From Eledone cirrhosa (lineage: Eukaryota), in the NCBI GenBank assembly GCA_964016885.1, contig OZ024746.1:10850001-10914000 (forward strand): 64,000 nucleotides of DNA, written 5' to 3'. This document shows, in pieces, positions 1-14,248 of this stretch. Each line of letters starts with the position of its first letter. The stretch's first letter is position 1. The position numbers were made by a program, and so were the translations under genes. The notes beneath the pieces were generated by a model that was not told where the DNA came from, searched no databases, and saw only the letters and a program-made list of their open reading frames with translations.

Positions 1-39
1 GTCGGGGTCTTACGGGTTCCTATATATATATATATATAA

Positions 40-946
40 GATAAAAATACTTGAGTGCATTAGAGTCAAACACACTCGTCGTATTAGAGAAATGACAGTA
101 TAAGATATAGCTCAATGTTATCAAACAGAGCCGAAAAATTATATAAATTAACAAAGAAGCCTTTAATACATTAAAAATCTTTATTTGCTGACAATGTTTC
201 GTCCCATTAATTAATTAGGACTCATCAGAGCAAGGGAAAGACAAAAAATATCATCGGCTAGAACAAGCCAAAATTCAGAAGAATAGCGAATGGATATTTA
301 GGAAAATTATCATGGAAAGACATGTTAAACCTAATAGGGTGCATTGGTAAATAAAAACTATAGGACAAGAGAGCAAACAAACATTAAAACATCCACGTTA
401 AAAGTACAATATAAATCTAATACTCGAAATACAACATAGTAATATAATGCGAGAAATAAGATATAAAAATGATAATATAATATACAAAACAATGCAATAC
501 ATAATACAGAAATAAAATTTAATATATATATATACACGCAATCACACACATATATATACACACACATATACATATTTACACATACACATATTAACACAAA
601 TATATAAATATAAGCACTATAATAGAATAATCACCCTGACGGTGTGATTAAACAATATTAAAATCAATGAAAAAAATATTGACATTAAAAAATATATAAA
701 TACTTCCAACGTACCATGCAAAGTCAACAAAACGTGTATAAAAACATAATGTATTCCACAGGGTAAAAAATAATACCATAAAATAAAATAAAGTATGGTA
801 AAAAAAAAATATATATATAATAGACAATAAATATACAGAGATATAGGCAATTCAAATACATATAATATTACATATTAATATTACAAAAGCAGACACATAA
901 TTGCAAGGAAGAAAGATTTAACTCATATTTACTTAATATATTCATC

Positions 947-950
<4 letters not shown>
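40..950 (-). mobile_element. PLE 3' end / pLTR fragment bounded by (TA)n, carrying a hammerhead
   Basis: Bounded by (TA)n tracts; contains a canonical minimal type I hammerhead on the - strand (185-233); low-complexity CA/TA-rich UTR-like body. No ORF seen. Confidence 0.6.
185..233 (-). ncRNA. Type I hammerhead ribozyme, canonical minimal
   Basis: Minus strand reads ttgct CTGATGA gtcc-taattaattaatg-ggac GAAA cattg TC agcaa. Stem I ttgct/agcaa, stem II gtcc/ggac, GUC cleavage triplet. Confidence 0.9.
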
Positions 951-984
<34 letters not shown>

Positions 985-1021
985 ATTAAATAAATGGAAA
1001 CTATATTTATAAAACCATATT

Positions 1022-1087
1022 TATTTCATTATATATATTTCAGGGATATCATATTAACAATATGCTATGCCTTCCTCAGACAAAATA
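1022..1087 (-). ncRNA. Type I hammerhead ribozyme (inverted copy of 3156-3221)
   Basis: Reverse complement of the 3156-3221 motif inside the left IR arm. Confidence 0.8.
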
Positions 1088-2182
1088 CAGTATAAACAGT
1101 TTTATAGATAAATAGATTCGACATACCGTAACAACATCGACTTGTATTTGAAAAAGTTGAATTGGCAGTGAAAAAATTGTACACAGAGAGAAAGAAAGAG
1201 AGAAAAAAGAGAGAAAAAAGGAAAGAAAGACAGAAAACGAAGAAAAAGAAGAAAAAGAAGAAATGCATGGAACAAAATAGAGAGATGGAAAGATAGATAA
1301 AGAGAAGAACTTCATGTAAAGAAACAGAGAGATATATATATATATATAGAGAGAGGAAATAGAGATAGATACATATATATAGAAAACTAGGTAGTGGGAC
1401 GTCTGTTGAGTAAACGTATCAATGATACATTTATTTATTTATTTATTTATTTAGCTCTAGTATTAATGTAAGGGAGATATATGAAGAGAAACCAGCTGTT
1501 ATATATAGAGAGAAAAAATATAGAGAGAGAAAAAAAATTTAAAAATAACCAGACATAGGCGAGGCGTAAAAACCCTATGTTTTAATGTAGAGGTATTAGT
1601 ATTTATAAAAACCAGCCACTATATTGTAAATATCAGATTAAACTCAACGTTTAAATATAAATTTAAATTTAAAATGTAGTATATTTAGTTTGATTTATAA
1701 TTATATGGGAAACTAGCCGATAAATCTTTGATTCCTTCTTTTTATTCTTTTTATTTTTATTTTTATTTTTATTTTTATTTAAACATTCTTCATGAAAAAT
1801 TAAGCTACCCTAAAAGTTGATGCTCCAAATATTTCGAATAAACGTTACACTAGATAAACTTCTATATTAAATATAAGAACACATGTAGACCAAATGGGCA
1901 TCCTAAACTTTTTGAAATGATCTTTGCTAGATGCGATTTGATAGATAATTTTTGGCTTTATCTGTTTTTCGACTCTGATGCTTATAATGAACTTGGCAAT
2001 ATATTGTCAATTAATTTTGAAGGGTTGATCTTTGTGGTTTATTTTTATTTTTATTATTGTAGTATTTTCTAATATTTTTATTATTAATATTTTTAATATG
2101 TAATATTTTTAATATGTAATATTCTTTCGTAATATTTTTTAGTTTTCTATTTTATTATTACTTATTATTATTATTGTTATTT

Positions 2183-2277
2183 TTTCCTTTCATCCTTACG
2201 GGGTCGATAAAATAAAGTACCAGTAATGCACTGGATAATTGCTGGCCTTGTGCCTAAAGTAGAAACAATTATTATTG
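2183..2277 (+). mobile_element. tRNA-derived SINE, 3' half
   Basis: cctttcatccttacggggtcgataaaataaagtaccag...ggccttgtgcctaaagtagaaacaattattatt matches the full copy at 45094. Confidence 0.85.
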
Positions 2278-3155
2278 TTATTTTTTAGTTTTGTTTCTGA
2301 TATATATTTTTATTAGTATATTGAAATCTGCTCTCTATTTCTGCTTGATAGATAATCTTGTAGAGTAAAGACAGGAATAGTAATATTGACTCTATATATA
2401 TTTGTGTGTATATATATACACATATATGTATACTTAAATTTTTATACCACAATGAGAATGTTTTCCGTGAACTTAGGGTTTGCAGAGTTGATCATGTAAA
2501 TTCACATAGATGTTTGTAGTTATCACATAAAGATATGAATTTTTTAAAAAACTAAACATAAGATCATTAATTTTCACACTTTATGGATACATGTCTCATT
2601 CAGGAATACTGATATTTACAATATAGTGGCTGGTTTTTATAAATACTAATACCTCTACATTAAAACATAGGGTTTTTACGCCTCGCCTATGTCTGGTTAT
2701 TTTAAAATTTTTTCTCTCTCTATATTTTTTCTCTCTCTATATAACAGCTGGTTTCTCTCCATATATCTCCCTTACATTAATACTAGAGCTAAATAAATAA
2801 ATAAATAAATAAATGTATCATTGATACGTTTACTCAACAGACGTCCCACTACCTAGTTTTCTATATATATGTATCTATCTCTATTTCCTCTCTCTCTATA
2901 TATATATATATCTCTCTGTTTCTTTACATGAAGTTCTTCTCTTTATCTATCTTTCCATCTCTCTATTTTGTTCCATGCATTTCTTCTTTTTCTTCTTTTT
3001 CTTCGTTTTCTGTCTTTCTTTCCTTTTTTCTCTCTTTTTTCTCTCTTTCTTTCTCTCTGTGTACAATTTTTTCACTGCCAATTCAACTTTTTCAAATACA
3101 AGTCGATGTTGTTACGGTATGTCGAATCTATTTATCTATAAAACTGTTTATACTG

Positions 3156-3221
3156 TATTTTGTCTGAGGAAGGCATAGCATATTGTTAATATGATATCCC
3201 TGAAATATATATAATGAAATA
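3156..3221 (+). ncRNA. Type I hammerhead ribozyme (CUGAGGA core)
   Basis: tattttgt CTGAGGA aggcatagcatattgttaatatgatatccct GAAA tatata TA atgaaata. Stems I and II pair with GU and mismatches; palindromic stem III; AUA site. Confidence 0.8.
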
Positions 3222-3504
3222 AATATGGTTTTATAAATATAGTTTCCATTTATTTAATATTTTAAATATACTCCAAATACTTGTCGAGTGCTTTTATATC
3301 AGTTATAAATATTTACTAGTTGTAACCCAACAATTTAAATATAACTTTCCATATATATATATATATATATATATATAACCAATTGACTCTATTACGTTTT
3401 CGCACTTTCTCATTATTAGGGTATACATGTTGAGTTTTCTCATAACTTATTCACTACCTTAATTAAATCTTAACCATTTAACATCTCAGGGTATGTCATG
3501 TATC

Positions 3505-3567
3505 ATTATATTTTGTCTGATGAGGACGTACTGTTGTACCTCTGAAATATGTATAATAAAATGTAAT
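3505..3567 (+). ncRNA. Type I hammerhead ribozyme
   Basis: attatattttgt CTGATGA ggacgtac-tgtt-gtacctct GAAA tatgta TA ataaaatgtaat. 12-bp stem I; lies in a separate (TA)n-bounded cassette at ~3378-3610. Confidence 0.85.
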
Positions 3568-3602
3568 TGATCAAAAGAACATCTATTTTATTAATATTTG
3601 TA

Positions 3603-3837
<235 letters not shown>

Positions 3838-3890
3838 AATTTTTTAATATAAGGAACTGTTTCTTTGTTTTTATTCATTATTTTTTATTA

Positions 3891-3945
<55 letters not shown>

Positions 3946-3990
3946 CGGATAATACTTACATATGTGTTAAATCCGGTGAAGGCAGCAAGT

Positions 3991-4060
3991 CAGCAGATAG
4001 CTCAGTAGGTAGAGCAGAGGACTGTAGTTTGTTAGGTCGATGGTTCGATTCCGTCTAGTA
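3991..4060 (+). pseudogene. tRNA-Tyr(GTA)-like pseudogene or SINE head
   Basis: gatagctcagtaggtagagcagaggactgtag...ggtcgatggttcgattccg has A box, GTA anticodon arm and B box; acceptor stem degraded. Confidence 0.6.
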
Positions 4061-4062
4061 AC

Positions 4063-4139
4063 TTAGGGTTAGAATAGGGTTATAATTAGGGCTAAGGTTA
4101 GAATAAAGGTTATAATTAGGGCTAAGGTTAGAATAAAAG
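4063..4139 (+). repeat. Degenerate TTAGGG-like tandem repeat, ~30 bp unit
   Basis: ggttagaata(g/a)(g/a)ggttataattagggctaa repeated about 2.5 times directly after the tRNA-like sequence. Confidence 0.6.
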
Positions 4140-5168
4140 TAAGTAAGCAAGCAAGCAAGTAAGTCTCGCTCCGCTACTCATCCCCCCCTCTTTTTTCTCC
4201 CATTCGCTATGGAGTTTTGACATAAGTGCCGTGTCTCTGTGAGATTGTGTAAAGTCCATCAACATCATTTTTGTATTTAATTTGCCATGTTTAGACGGGG
4301 TGTTTTTCAGTCAGATGTCCTTACTGGTACCAACACTTTTAAATATCCCTTACAGCATGTGGTGTTATGATGCACCTTTTAAAAATTACAGCTCACCTTC
4401 CTAAGTAATGGTTTACCTTTGTAGGTAATAGTTTACCTTTCTAAACAATAGAACATCCGTGTAAGCAATGTCACGAGGATGCCCCTCTCTCCAGATGAGT
4501 TCTTGATAGCAGGCACGAAGTTTGTCTTATTATGAAGTCAGTGGATGATCTGCCAGAACACTTTATTTGCTGATCTAAAGTCAAATCTACTCTACTCTAC
4601 TTTACTCTATGCGTTACAATTTATGTACATGTTATGTTTATCACATATCGAAGTTTTCTGACCATTTTAGAGTGTAAAGAGCTGAACTAATATTCACAAC
4701 TAAATTGTCCAAATTTGGCGCCCCAATTTAGAAATACTTTCATCGCCTCTGTAGTACCGAATCTTGTTCAGAGTTGTCTATCTCAATTGCCTAAATAATT
4801 AATTTCCTATTAATTATTTGGTTAATAATACTTTTTGTTATCACGGCTTAATCAGTTATAATTTGGTGTTGTAGCTCTCCGAATTTACCATGTTAACACT
4901 AACATGTCTAAAATGTATTTCCTTTTCTAAAAGTGGTTAGGGCAATATTCCTTTGAAAAGAGAATTTAAATTAAATATTATAATTACTAAAATTACATGG
5001 CAAAGAATATAAAATGAAATAAAAATATGAATTAATACATTCGGTCTTTTTTTCATAAGATATATTTTCCGGGTGAGATGGAAAGAAATTTGAAATTTCC
5101 TATTTATAAGGAAAACTAATTAAAAATATGATTGAATTGGCTTCGAATTTAACGACACTTTTAAACTA

Positions 5169-5234
<66 letters not shown>

Positions 5235-5336
5235 AAGTATGACCTTAACGGCAGAGCTCAAGCCGTTTCGACGGCTATTTCTGGATTGTACTTTGGTGCG
5301 TTATGGTCCATCTGGTTCCTTATCACAATTCTTTCG

Positions 5337-5499
<163 letters not shown>

Positions 5500-5671
5500 C
5501 GTGCGCGTGTGTAAGTGTGCGTATTTGTATGTACATGCGTATGTATGTATCTATATTCATACATATACACAATCGCTCACATATACAGACGCACTCACAC
5601 ATACATATGTATTTATATATATATATATATGTATATGTATACACACACACACAGACACACATATAAATATT

Positions 5672-5792
5672 GTGAAGGCGTGTGGCTGAGTGGTTAGAGA
5701 TTTGGATTCGCAATCGTGAAGTTGTGAGTTCGATTCCCAGACTTGGCGATGCGTTATATCCTTGAGCAAGACACTTTATTTCACGTTGCTCC
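5672..5792 (+). mobile_element. Second tRNA-derived SINE family, 5' part
   Basis: A box tggctgagtggttag, B box gagttcgattcc, then ccttgagcaagacactttatttca; the same segment occurs reversed at ~60770-60796. Confidence 0.75.
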
Positions 5793-6017
5793 CTCTACCT
5801 GGAGTTGCGACCGATAGATAGTATTAGCAACTGGAAAGACCAATAGAAACATTGTTTCCTCGGTCCGATTTGACGAAAGTCAATCATCCCTTTATATATA
5901 TATATATATATATATAGGAAAAAGTATGACCTTTTTCCTATTTCCCACTCTACTACCCTAAGTATTGAGTAATCCGGTGCGTTATGGTCCATTTGGTTCC
6001 TTACCACAATTACTTTG

Positions 6018-6068
<51 letters not shown>

Positions 6069-6253
6069 GATAAATCTACCAAGAGTTTACGGTAGTGTCC
6101 AATCCGTATGAAGAACTCAATGTATTCCGGATATCATGGAAAGAAGAGATGTAATGAAAATCCACTTTCGGTGAAAGATAAACGGTATACAGAGTCAAGA
6201 TAAAATATTAAACAAATAATGAATAAACAATTCCTTATATTAAACAAAAAAAG

Positions 6254-6408
6254 TTCATTATTTAACGATCGTTTCTAGGGTATATATGTGTTATAATTGG
6301 TATGCATATTCAACAGATCTATGTACAAAATTATACAAAATTATACAAATTATCAAGATTAAATATACATACCTAACACATATATACGCCGTCTTCAGAA
6401 ATAATGAA
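6254..6408 (-). ncRNA. Type I hammerhead with very long stem II
   Basis: Reverse complement of 13958-14112; sense with respect to the PLE ORF. Confidence 0.8.
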
Positions 6409-7228
6409 GTATATTTATTGAAAATAACAACAATTCAAAATATCAGTTCAAAATTGACCAATGAAAACACAAAGGGTTAAAAGCAGTTCGGTGTGTGTAT
6501 ATACATGTAAAATCCTTACACATATTTTACAAAAATGTATGTATAACTTGTATACGCATACTAAAAAGATGGATGCAAACACAAAATTTCAAGGTTAATA
6601 TCTCTGTAAGCTTAAAATGCGCTGATAAGATGCGCATTGATACTTATGGAGTCAAGCATATAAATATATTTTTTCATACTCACACATATCAGTATAATCA
6701 CACATACATGCGCGTATATGCATAAATATACACATAACCACGAACATACAAACACACACACACCCCCACTCACATTTATATATGTGGATATAAAATCATA
6801 AGCACATGGAAATTAAATCACTCACATAAAACACTGGCATACACATTTCAAGATCAAGATACAGAAATTAGGTGGGAGGGGGGGGAAGGGTCAGTATTCA
6901 ATTGTCTGAGCAGACTGCCTAATATAAATGTATCTATAAATTAAGAAAAATAAAAAAATAAAACAATAAAATATAATAAATATAATATAATATACATACA
7001 CATACAGATATATATACACATACATACATGTACGCGCACATAGAAATATTTACGCATACACACATACACACATACATATACAGTCATACACACACATACA
7101 CTTACACGAACATACACATACACATATAAAAAGATATATATATACACACACACACGCGCAACACATACACACATACACATATATATAAAAAATAGATAAT
7201 AAAGATATATATCCATATATATATATAT

Positions 7229-7287
<59 letters not shown>

Positions 7288-7366
7288 CATACACATACAT
7301 CTAAATATACATACACATACATACACACATACATGTACATACATGTACATACATATACGCACATCG

Positions 7367-7415
<49 letters not shown>

Positions 7416-7720
7416 TAGACATATAGATACATACACACACAACTTACATACACACGTATATATATATATAGATGTACCTTCATACATAGAATTAGATATA
7501 TAATCATACATACATAAGCACCTACTTATACTCATATATATAAATACATACGCTTCCATATATGTGTATATACATAAAAAACAATACAACCTCACCAAAC
7601 TCAGACATACAAATAAAAATAATAATAAAAAGGCATATGTATATACATACACACACGCATTAATAGAGATATATATATATACACACATACATACACATAT
7701 ATATATATACACATATATAT

Positions 7721-7773
<53 letters not shown>

Positions 7774-7862
7774 TACACTCATACATATATATATATATAT
7801 ATATATATAAACATATATATCCACACACTCATACCACCATAAATACACATACAAACACCCAC

Positions 7863-7894
<32 letters not shown>

Positions 7895-7896
7895 GC

Positions 7897-7927
<31 letters not shown>

Positions 7928-8233
7928 TATATACACACACATAAAAAACAGACATGCACATATATATATATATATATTTTATTACTCTTATATATACACA
8001 TATTATATATACATACACAACCTCACTTATACACATATACACATAAGTTATATTATAATAATAAAGAATAATATACATATATATATATACATATACATAT
8101 ATATATATATATATATATACATACATACATACACATACATACATAGACATAAACATATACATACATAAATACACACATACGAATAAAGACATATATTCAC
8201 ACATAGACACCTATATATATATATATATATATC

Positions 8234-8310
<77 letters not shown>

Positions 8311-9433
8311 ACATACACACTCACATATATATATATGTGTATGTGTGTGTGCGCACATACACATATATACACACACACATACAAACACACACAAACACAT
8401 ACATATGCATACGTGCACACACACACACATATATCACATAGATACGAAGATAAACATATAAATAGAGAGACATACATATATATACACAACACACATACAC
8501 ATACATACATACACGCATATACATATACATACATATATACACATATATATATTCCTATATATACAAGCATACACATACATACATACATATACATATATAT
8601 ACACATACATACACATATACATACAACACATTCACATACACATACATATATAATGCATATATATACATATATATACATACATATGTATGTACATTCATAT
8701 ATACACACGCAATCTTACATTCATATTTGCATGCTCATATATGTATTTTTATATTTAGATATAAATACCCAAACCTATATAGACACCTACCTACATATAT
8801 ATTCATACATAGACGCTTACAAATACAGATGATAATAGTATGGGGGAAAGGGGGGGTTTGGAGAAGGGGATCAAAGTAAATATATGTTTCAAGAAACATA
8901 TAATATTTTCCGTATCTTTATTCAATGTATGTTCTTACATATTTTCAGTGCTAGGAAATACGAAATCTATGCATCTCAAAATAAATAAGTATACCATTAA
9001 TCATATGTTAACTAAACCAAAGATAGTCAACATATTGATTTCTAAGGTGTAAATTAGTTAGGTTTATAATATTTGAAGCAGAATTTTGAAGTCAAACAGT
9101 AGTAGATTATTAATTACAGTATAACTAAATTAAAGTTAATAACGTTATGGTATCAATATTAGGAAATGAACTTAGTAATAGGGAAAAGAAACCCAAATAA
9201 AAATAAAATAAAGTATTACATCGGTAGTAGCATATAAATTATATGTTAACTAAATTAAAAATTATATATTTATTTCAATAGTATACGTTAATTAGTATAT
9301 GTTAATTAGGTATACAATACATAAAGCAGATATTGTATTTCATCAATAGCATAATATAATTATATGCAAATAGAAATCAAAATTAATACGCATACATATA
9401 CATATACATACACATACACATATACATACATAT

Positions 9434-9480
<47 letters not shown>

Positions 9481-10005
9481 TATATATACATACATACAGA
9501 TACACATACACAACACACACATACACATACACATATACATATACATATCTTTTTCAAAAAATTGCACAGAATATATTAACTAGGTATATATCCAAAACAC
9601 ATCCCATTCTATGATTACATGACATTCTGCAATTCGTCTGTATAAGGATACTAATTTTAAGCAAATTAAAATTAAAATTTTTAGGTTGATTAAAACTAAA
9701 ACCAAATAATAAATATATTTCCAAAATGTATATTAATTAGGTCTATAATACTAAAAATTATTTCTCTGTCATTGGATACATGATATTATTTTGTTATATT
9801 TTATCTGTAAAAGAATTATAATAAAAGGTTTAAATAAATTAAAATTAATCTATAAATTAAATTACTAAGTATATATTAGTAATATTTAAAGGTTTTTCAC
9901 AATTTATGATTACATAATATTTTCTCATCTGTAATAAAATATTAATTAAATTAAATTTATAGGTTAACTAACATTTAAATTAAATTAATTTCTAGAATAA
10001 TGTTA

Positions 10006-11308
10006 TTAATTAGGTTTATAATATTTAAATGTTTTTTTTAGTTTATGATTACACGATATAATTAATTCCTGTCGTTTATTTAATAAGATATCCTTAGACC
10101 TCATTATTTCAAATAGTTCTTGGGAACATAATCTACATTCCTTTCTATTATTTTGATAAGGGGTGGCTCTTTTGAGCACACTCCAGGTCAAATCATATTT
10201 TATATTCTTATTTTTATAACTATTGATTTTTTCTGCTAGAGATGTTGTATTAGCCAGTGCGGCATTTTTAAAACTATGCTTGTGGGTATTAAACCTTGTC
10301 TTAAAATTGTTAGAGGTAGCTCCTATATATGAGCAAATAGAATCTTTAGTTTTAACATTACATTTATAGACTATGTTGTTAACAAGACAATTCCCTTTTA
10401 ATGGGCAGTTTGTTTTGTTTCTACAGTTACATCCTTTCGTTAATTCTGTATTTGAGGAGATATTATGGTTAATTTGATGTACTGGTGGTATACTTATGGT
10501 TTTCTTACATTTATATGCATTATATGCACTTATATTTTGTTTTATGTTATTTGTTGTAGAGTATGAGAATTTAACTGTAGACCTATTTAAGATTTGATGG
10601 TATTTGTGGTTTGGCGGGAAGTTTTTCTCAAGGATATAAAAAAATTTTTTAGCAATATTATCCTTAACTTGTAAATTAAAAGGAGCATTATACCAAGTAA
10701 CTCGTCTATTACGGTTTCTATGTTGTTTATTATTTTTATTATTTTTATAGGTTGTATCATGATTTTTACTAGGAGGATTAATGTTAATGATCTCACCACA
10801 ACTATTTTTATTTATATTTGTAGATTTAGGTGTTTTATCTTTTTTATTAGGAGTTTTATTATTAATATTTATTATAGTTGTATGATGAGTAGTTTTTTTG
10901 AGGGTTACTATACTTTATATTAGAAGATTTAGTATTTTGGGGTATATTGTGGGTGGCATTTAGGTGTGTACTTTTCATTTGGTGTTTGTTGGTAATATTA
11001 TGCTGTATGCTTTCAGTATTTTTAGTAGAAGGTATATACTCTAATCTATTTTTGTGGCCACTTCTATCTAGAGCTTCATTATAAAAGGTCGCATTTTTAT
11101 CAAATACATCTTGGTTAGAAGAAAGGTTAGAAATTCTAAGTGATATATTATATGCAAGGTTTTTAAGGATAGATTTAGGGTGATTAGATTGTGAGTGTAT
11201 GTAATGTAAGTTTTGGTTAGGTTTATGGTAAGGTTGGTAGATACCCGTAGCTAAATCTAAAGTTATATCTAGGAAATTTACTACTTTACTTGTTTTTTCA
11301 AATATTAT
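10006..11308 (-). pseudogene. PLE RT C-terminus plus GIY-YIG endonuclease (Naiad-like), frameshifted
   Basis: Manual translation gives VVNFLDITLDL...YHKPNQNLHYIHSQSNHP...RISNLSS...YNEALDRSG; RRVTWYNAPF; FPPNHKYHQILNRSTVKFSYS; CNCRNKTNCPLKGNC..NIVYKC; YIGAT..FKTRFNTH; CRLCSQE...LNKRQELIISCNH. At least two frameshifts; RT catalytic core absent. Confidence 0.9.
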
Positions 11309-12063
11309 AAACCTAACTAATTTACACCTTAGAAATCAATATGTTGACTATCTTTGGTTTAGTTAACATATGATTAATGGTATACTTATTTATTTTGAGA
11401 TGCATAGATTTCGTATTTCCTAGCACTGAAAATATGTAAGAACATACATTGAATAAAGATACGGAAAATATTATATGTTTCTTGAAACATATATTTACTT
11501 TGATCCCCTTCTCCAAACCCCCCCTTTCCCCCATACTATTATCATCTGTATTTGTAAGCGTCTATGTATGAATATATATGTAGGTAGGTGTCTATATAGG
11601 TTTGGGTATTTATATCTAAATATAAAAATACATATATGAGCATGCAAATATGAATGTAAGATTGCGTGTGTATATATGAATGTACATACATATGTATGTA
11701 TATATATGTATATATATGCATTATATATGTATGTGTATGTGAATGTGTTGTATGTATATGTGTATGTATGTGTATATATATGTATATGTATGTATGTATG
11801 TGTATGCTTGTATATATAGGAATATATATATGTGTATATATGTATGTATATGTATATGCGTGTATGTATGTATGTGTATGTGTGTTGTGTATATATATGT
11901 ATGTCTCTCTATTTATATGTTTATCTTCGTATCTATGTGATATATGTGTGTGTGTGTGCACGTATGCATATGTATGTGTTTGTGTGTGTTTGTATGTGTG
12001 TGTGTATATATGTGTATGTGCGCACACACACATACACATATATATATATGTGAGTGTGTATGT

Positions 12064-12140
<77 letters not shown>

Positions 12141-12444
12141 GATATATATATATATATATATAGGTGTCTATGTGTGAATATATGTCTTTATTCGTATGTG
12201 TGTATTTATGTATGTATATGTTTATGTCTATGTATGTATGTGTATGTATGTATGTATATATATATATATATATATGTATATGTATATATATATATGTATA
12301 TTATTCTTTATTATTATAATATAACTTATGTGTATATGTGTATAAGTGAGGTTGTGTATGTATATATAATATGTGTATATATAAGAGTAATAAAATATAT
12401 ATATATATATATGTGCATGTCTGTTTTTTATGTGTGTGTATATA

Positions 12445-12475
<31 letters not shown>

Positions 12476-12477
12476 GC

Positions 12478-12509
<32 letters not shown>

Positions 12510-12592
12510 GTGGGTGTTTGTATGTGTATTTATGGTGGTATGAGTGTGTGGATATATATGTTTATATATATATATATATATGTATGAGTGTA

Positions 12593-12645
<53 letters not shown>

Positions 12646-12950
12646 ATATATATGTGTATATATATATATGTGTATGTATGTGTGTATATATATATATCTC
12701 TATTAATGCGTGTGTGTATGTATATACATATGCCTTTTTATTATTATTTTTATTTGTATGTCTGAGTTTGGTGAGGTTGTATTGTTTTTTATGTATATAC
12801 ACATATATGGAAGCGTATGTATTTATATATATGAGTATAAGTAGGTGCTTATGTATGTATGATTATATATCTAATTCTATGTATGAAGGTACATCTATAT
12901 ATATATATACGTGTGTATGTAAGTTGTGTGTGTATGTATCTATATGTCTA

Positions 12951-13003
<53 letters not shown>

Positions 13004-13078
13004 CGATGTGCGTATATGTATGTACATGTATGTACATGTATGTGTGTATGTGTATGTATATTTAGATGTATGTGTATG

Positions 13079-13135
<57 letters not shown>

Positions 13136-13957
13136 ATATATATATATATGGATATATATCTTTATTATCTATTTTTTATATATATGTGTATGTGTGTATG
13201 TGTTGCGCGTGTGTGTGTGTATATATATATCTTTTTATATGTGTATGTGTATGTTCGTGTAAGTGTATGTGTGTGTATGACTGTATATGTATGTGTGTAT
13301 GTGTGTATGCGTAAATATTTCTATGTGCGCGTACATGTATGTATGTGTATATATATCTGTATGTGTATGTATATTATATTATATTTATTATATTTTATTG
13401 TTTTATTTTTTTATTTTTCTTAATTTATAGATACATTTATATTAGGCAGTCTGCTCAGACAATTGAATACTGACCCTTCCCCCCCCCCTCCCACCTAATT
13501 TCTGTATCTTGATCTTGAAATGTGTATGCCAGTGTTTTATGTGAGTGATTTAATTTCCATGTGCTTATGATTTTATATCCACATATATAAATGTGAGTGG
13601 GGGTGTGTGTGTGTTTGTATGTTCGTGGTTATGTGTATATTTATGCATATACGCGCATGTATGTGTGATTATACTGATATGTGTGAGTATGAAAAAATAT
13701 ATTTATATGCTTGACTCCATAAGTATCAATGCGCATCTTATCAGCGCATTTTAAGCTTACAGAGATATTAACCTTGAAATTTTGTGTTTGCATCCATCTT
13801 TTTAGTATGCGTATACAAGTTATACATACATTTTTGTAAAATATGTGTAAGGATTTTACATGTATATACACACACCGAACTGCTTTTAACCCTTTGTGTT
13901 TTCATTGGTCAATTTTGAACTGATATTTTGAATTGTTGTTATTTTCAATAAATATAC

Positions 13958-14112
13958 TTCATTATTTCTGAAGACGGCGTATATATGTGTTAGGTATGTA
14001 TATTTAATCTTGATAATTTGTATAATTTTGTATAATTTTGTACATAGATCTGTTGAATATGCATACCAATTATAACACATATATACCCTAGAAACGATCG
14101 TTAAATAATGAA
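13958..14112 (+). ncRNA. Type I hammerhead with very long stem II
   Basis: ttcattattt CTGAAGA cggcgtatatatgtgttaggtatgtatatt...aatatgcatacc..taacacatatatacccta GAAA cgatcg TT aaataatgaa. Perfect 10-bp stem I, palindromic stem III, GUU site. Confidence 0.8.
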
Positions 14113-14172
14113 CTTTTTTTGTTTAATATAAGGAATTGTTTATTCATTATTTGTTTAATATTTTATATATAT

Positions 14173-14248
<76 letters not shown>

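Larger units (their letters stand above)
982..3350 (+). mobile_element. Degenerate PLE with 5' inverted copy (arms 982-1636 / 2609-3261)
   Basis: Near-identical ~655 bp inverted repeat (identical ORF pairs in the track). Hammerhead in each arm. Weak Naiad-like C-terminal remnant (CRV...KLNIRSLI) at ~2480-2600. (TA)n on both sides. Confidence 0.7.
6064..14166 (-). mobile_element. Naiad-like PLE, 5'-truncated, with 2.9 kb 5' inverted copy of its 3' region
   Basis: RT-thumb plus GIY-YIG remnant at 10006-11308; ~4 kb microsatellite-rich 3' region with a sense hammerhead at 6254-6408; IR arms 6200-9077 / 11297-14166; (TA)n at both ends. Confidence 0.9.

Noticed and set aside
4484-4535. cagatgag...cacgaag hammerhead-like string
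   Set aside because: Two core changes and no stem I pairing.
9078-10440. Selenocysteine recoding or SECIS, reported for some Naiad PLEs
   Set aside because: Conserved Cys positions read here are TGT/TGC, no in-frame TGA was seen there, and no convincing SECIS was found by eye.
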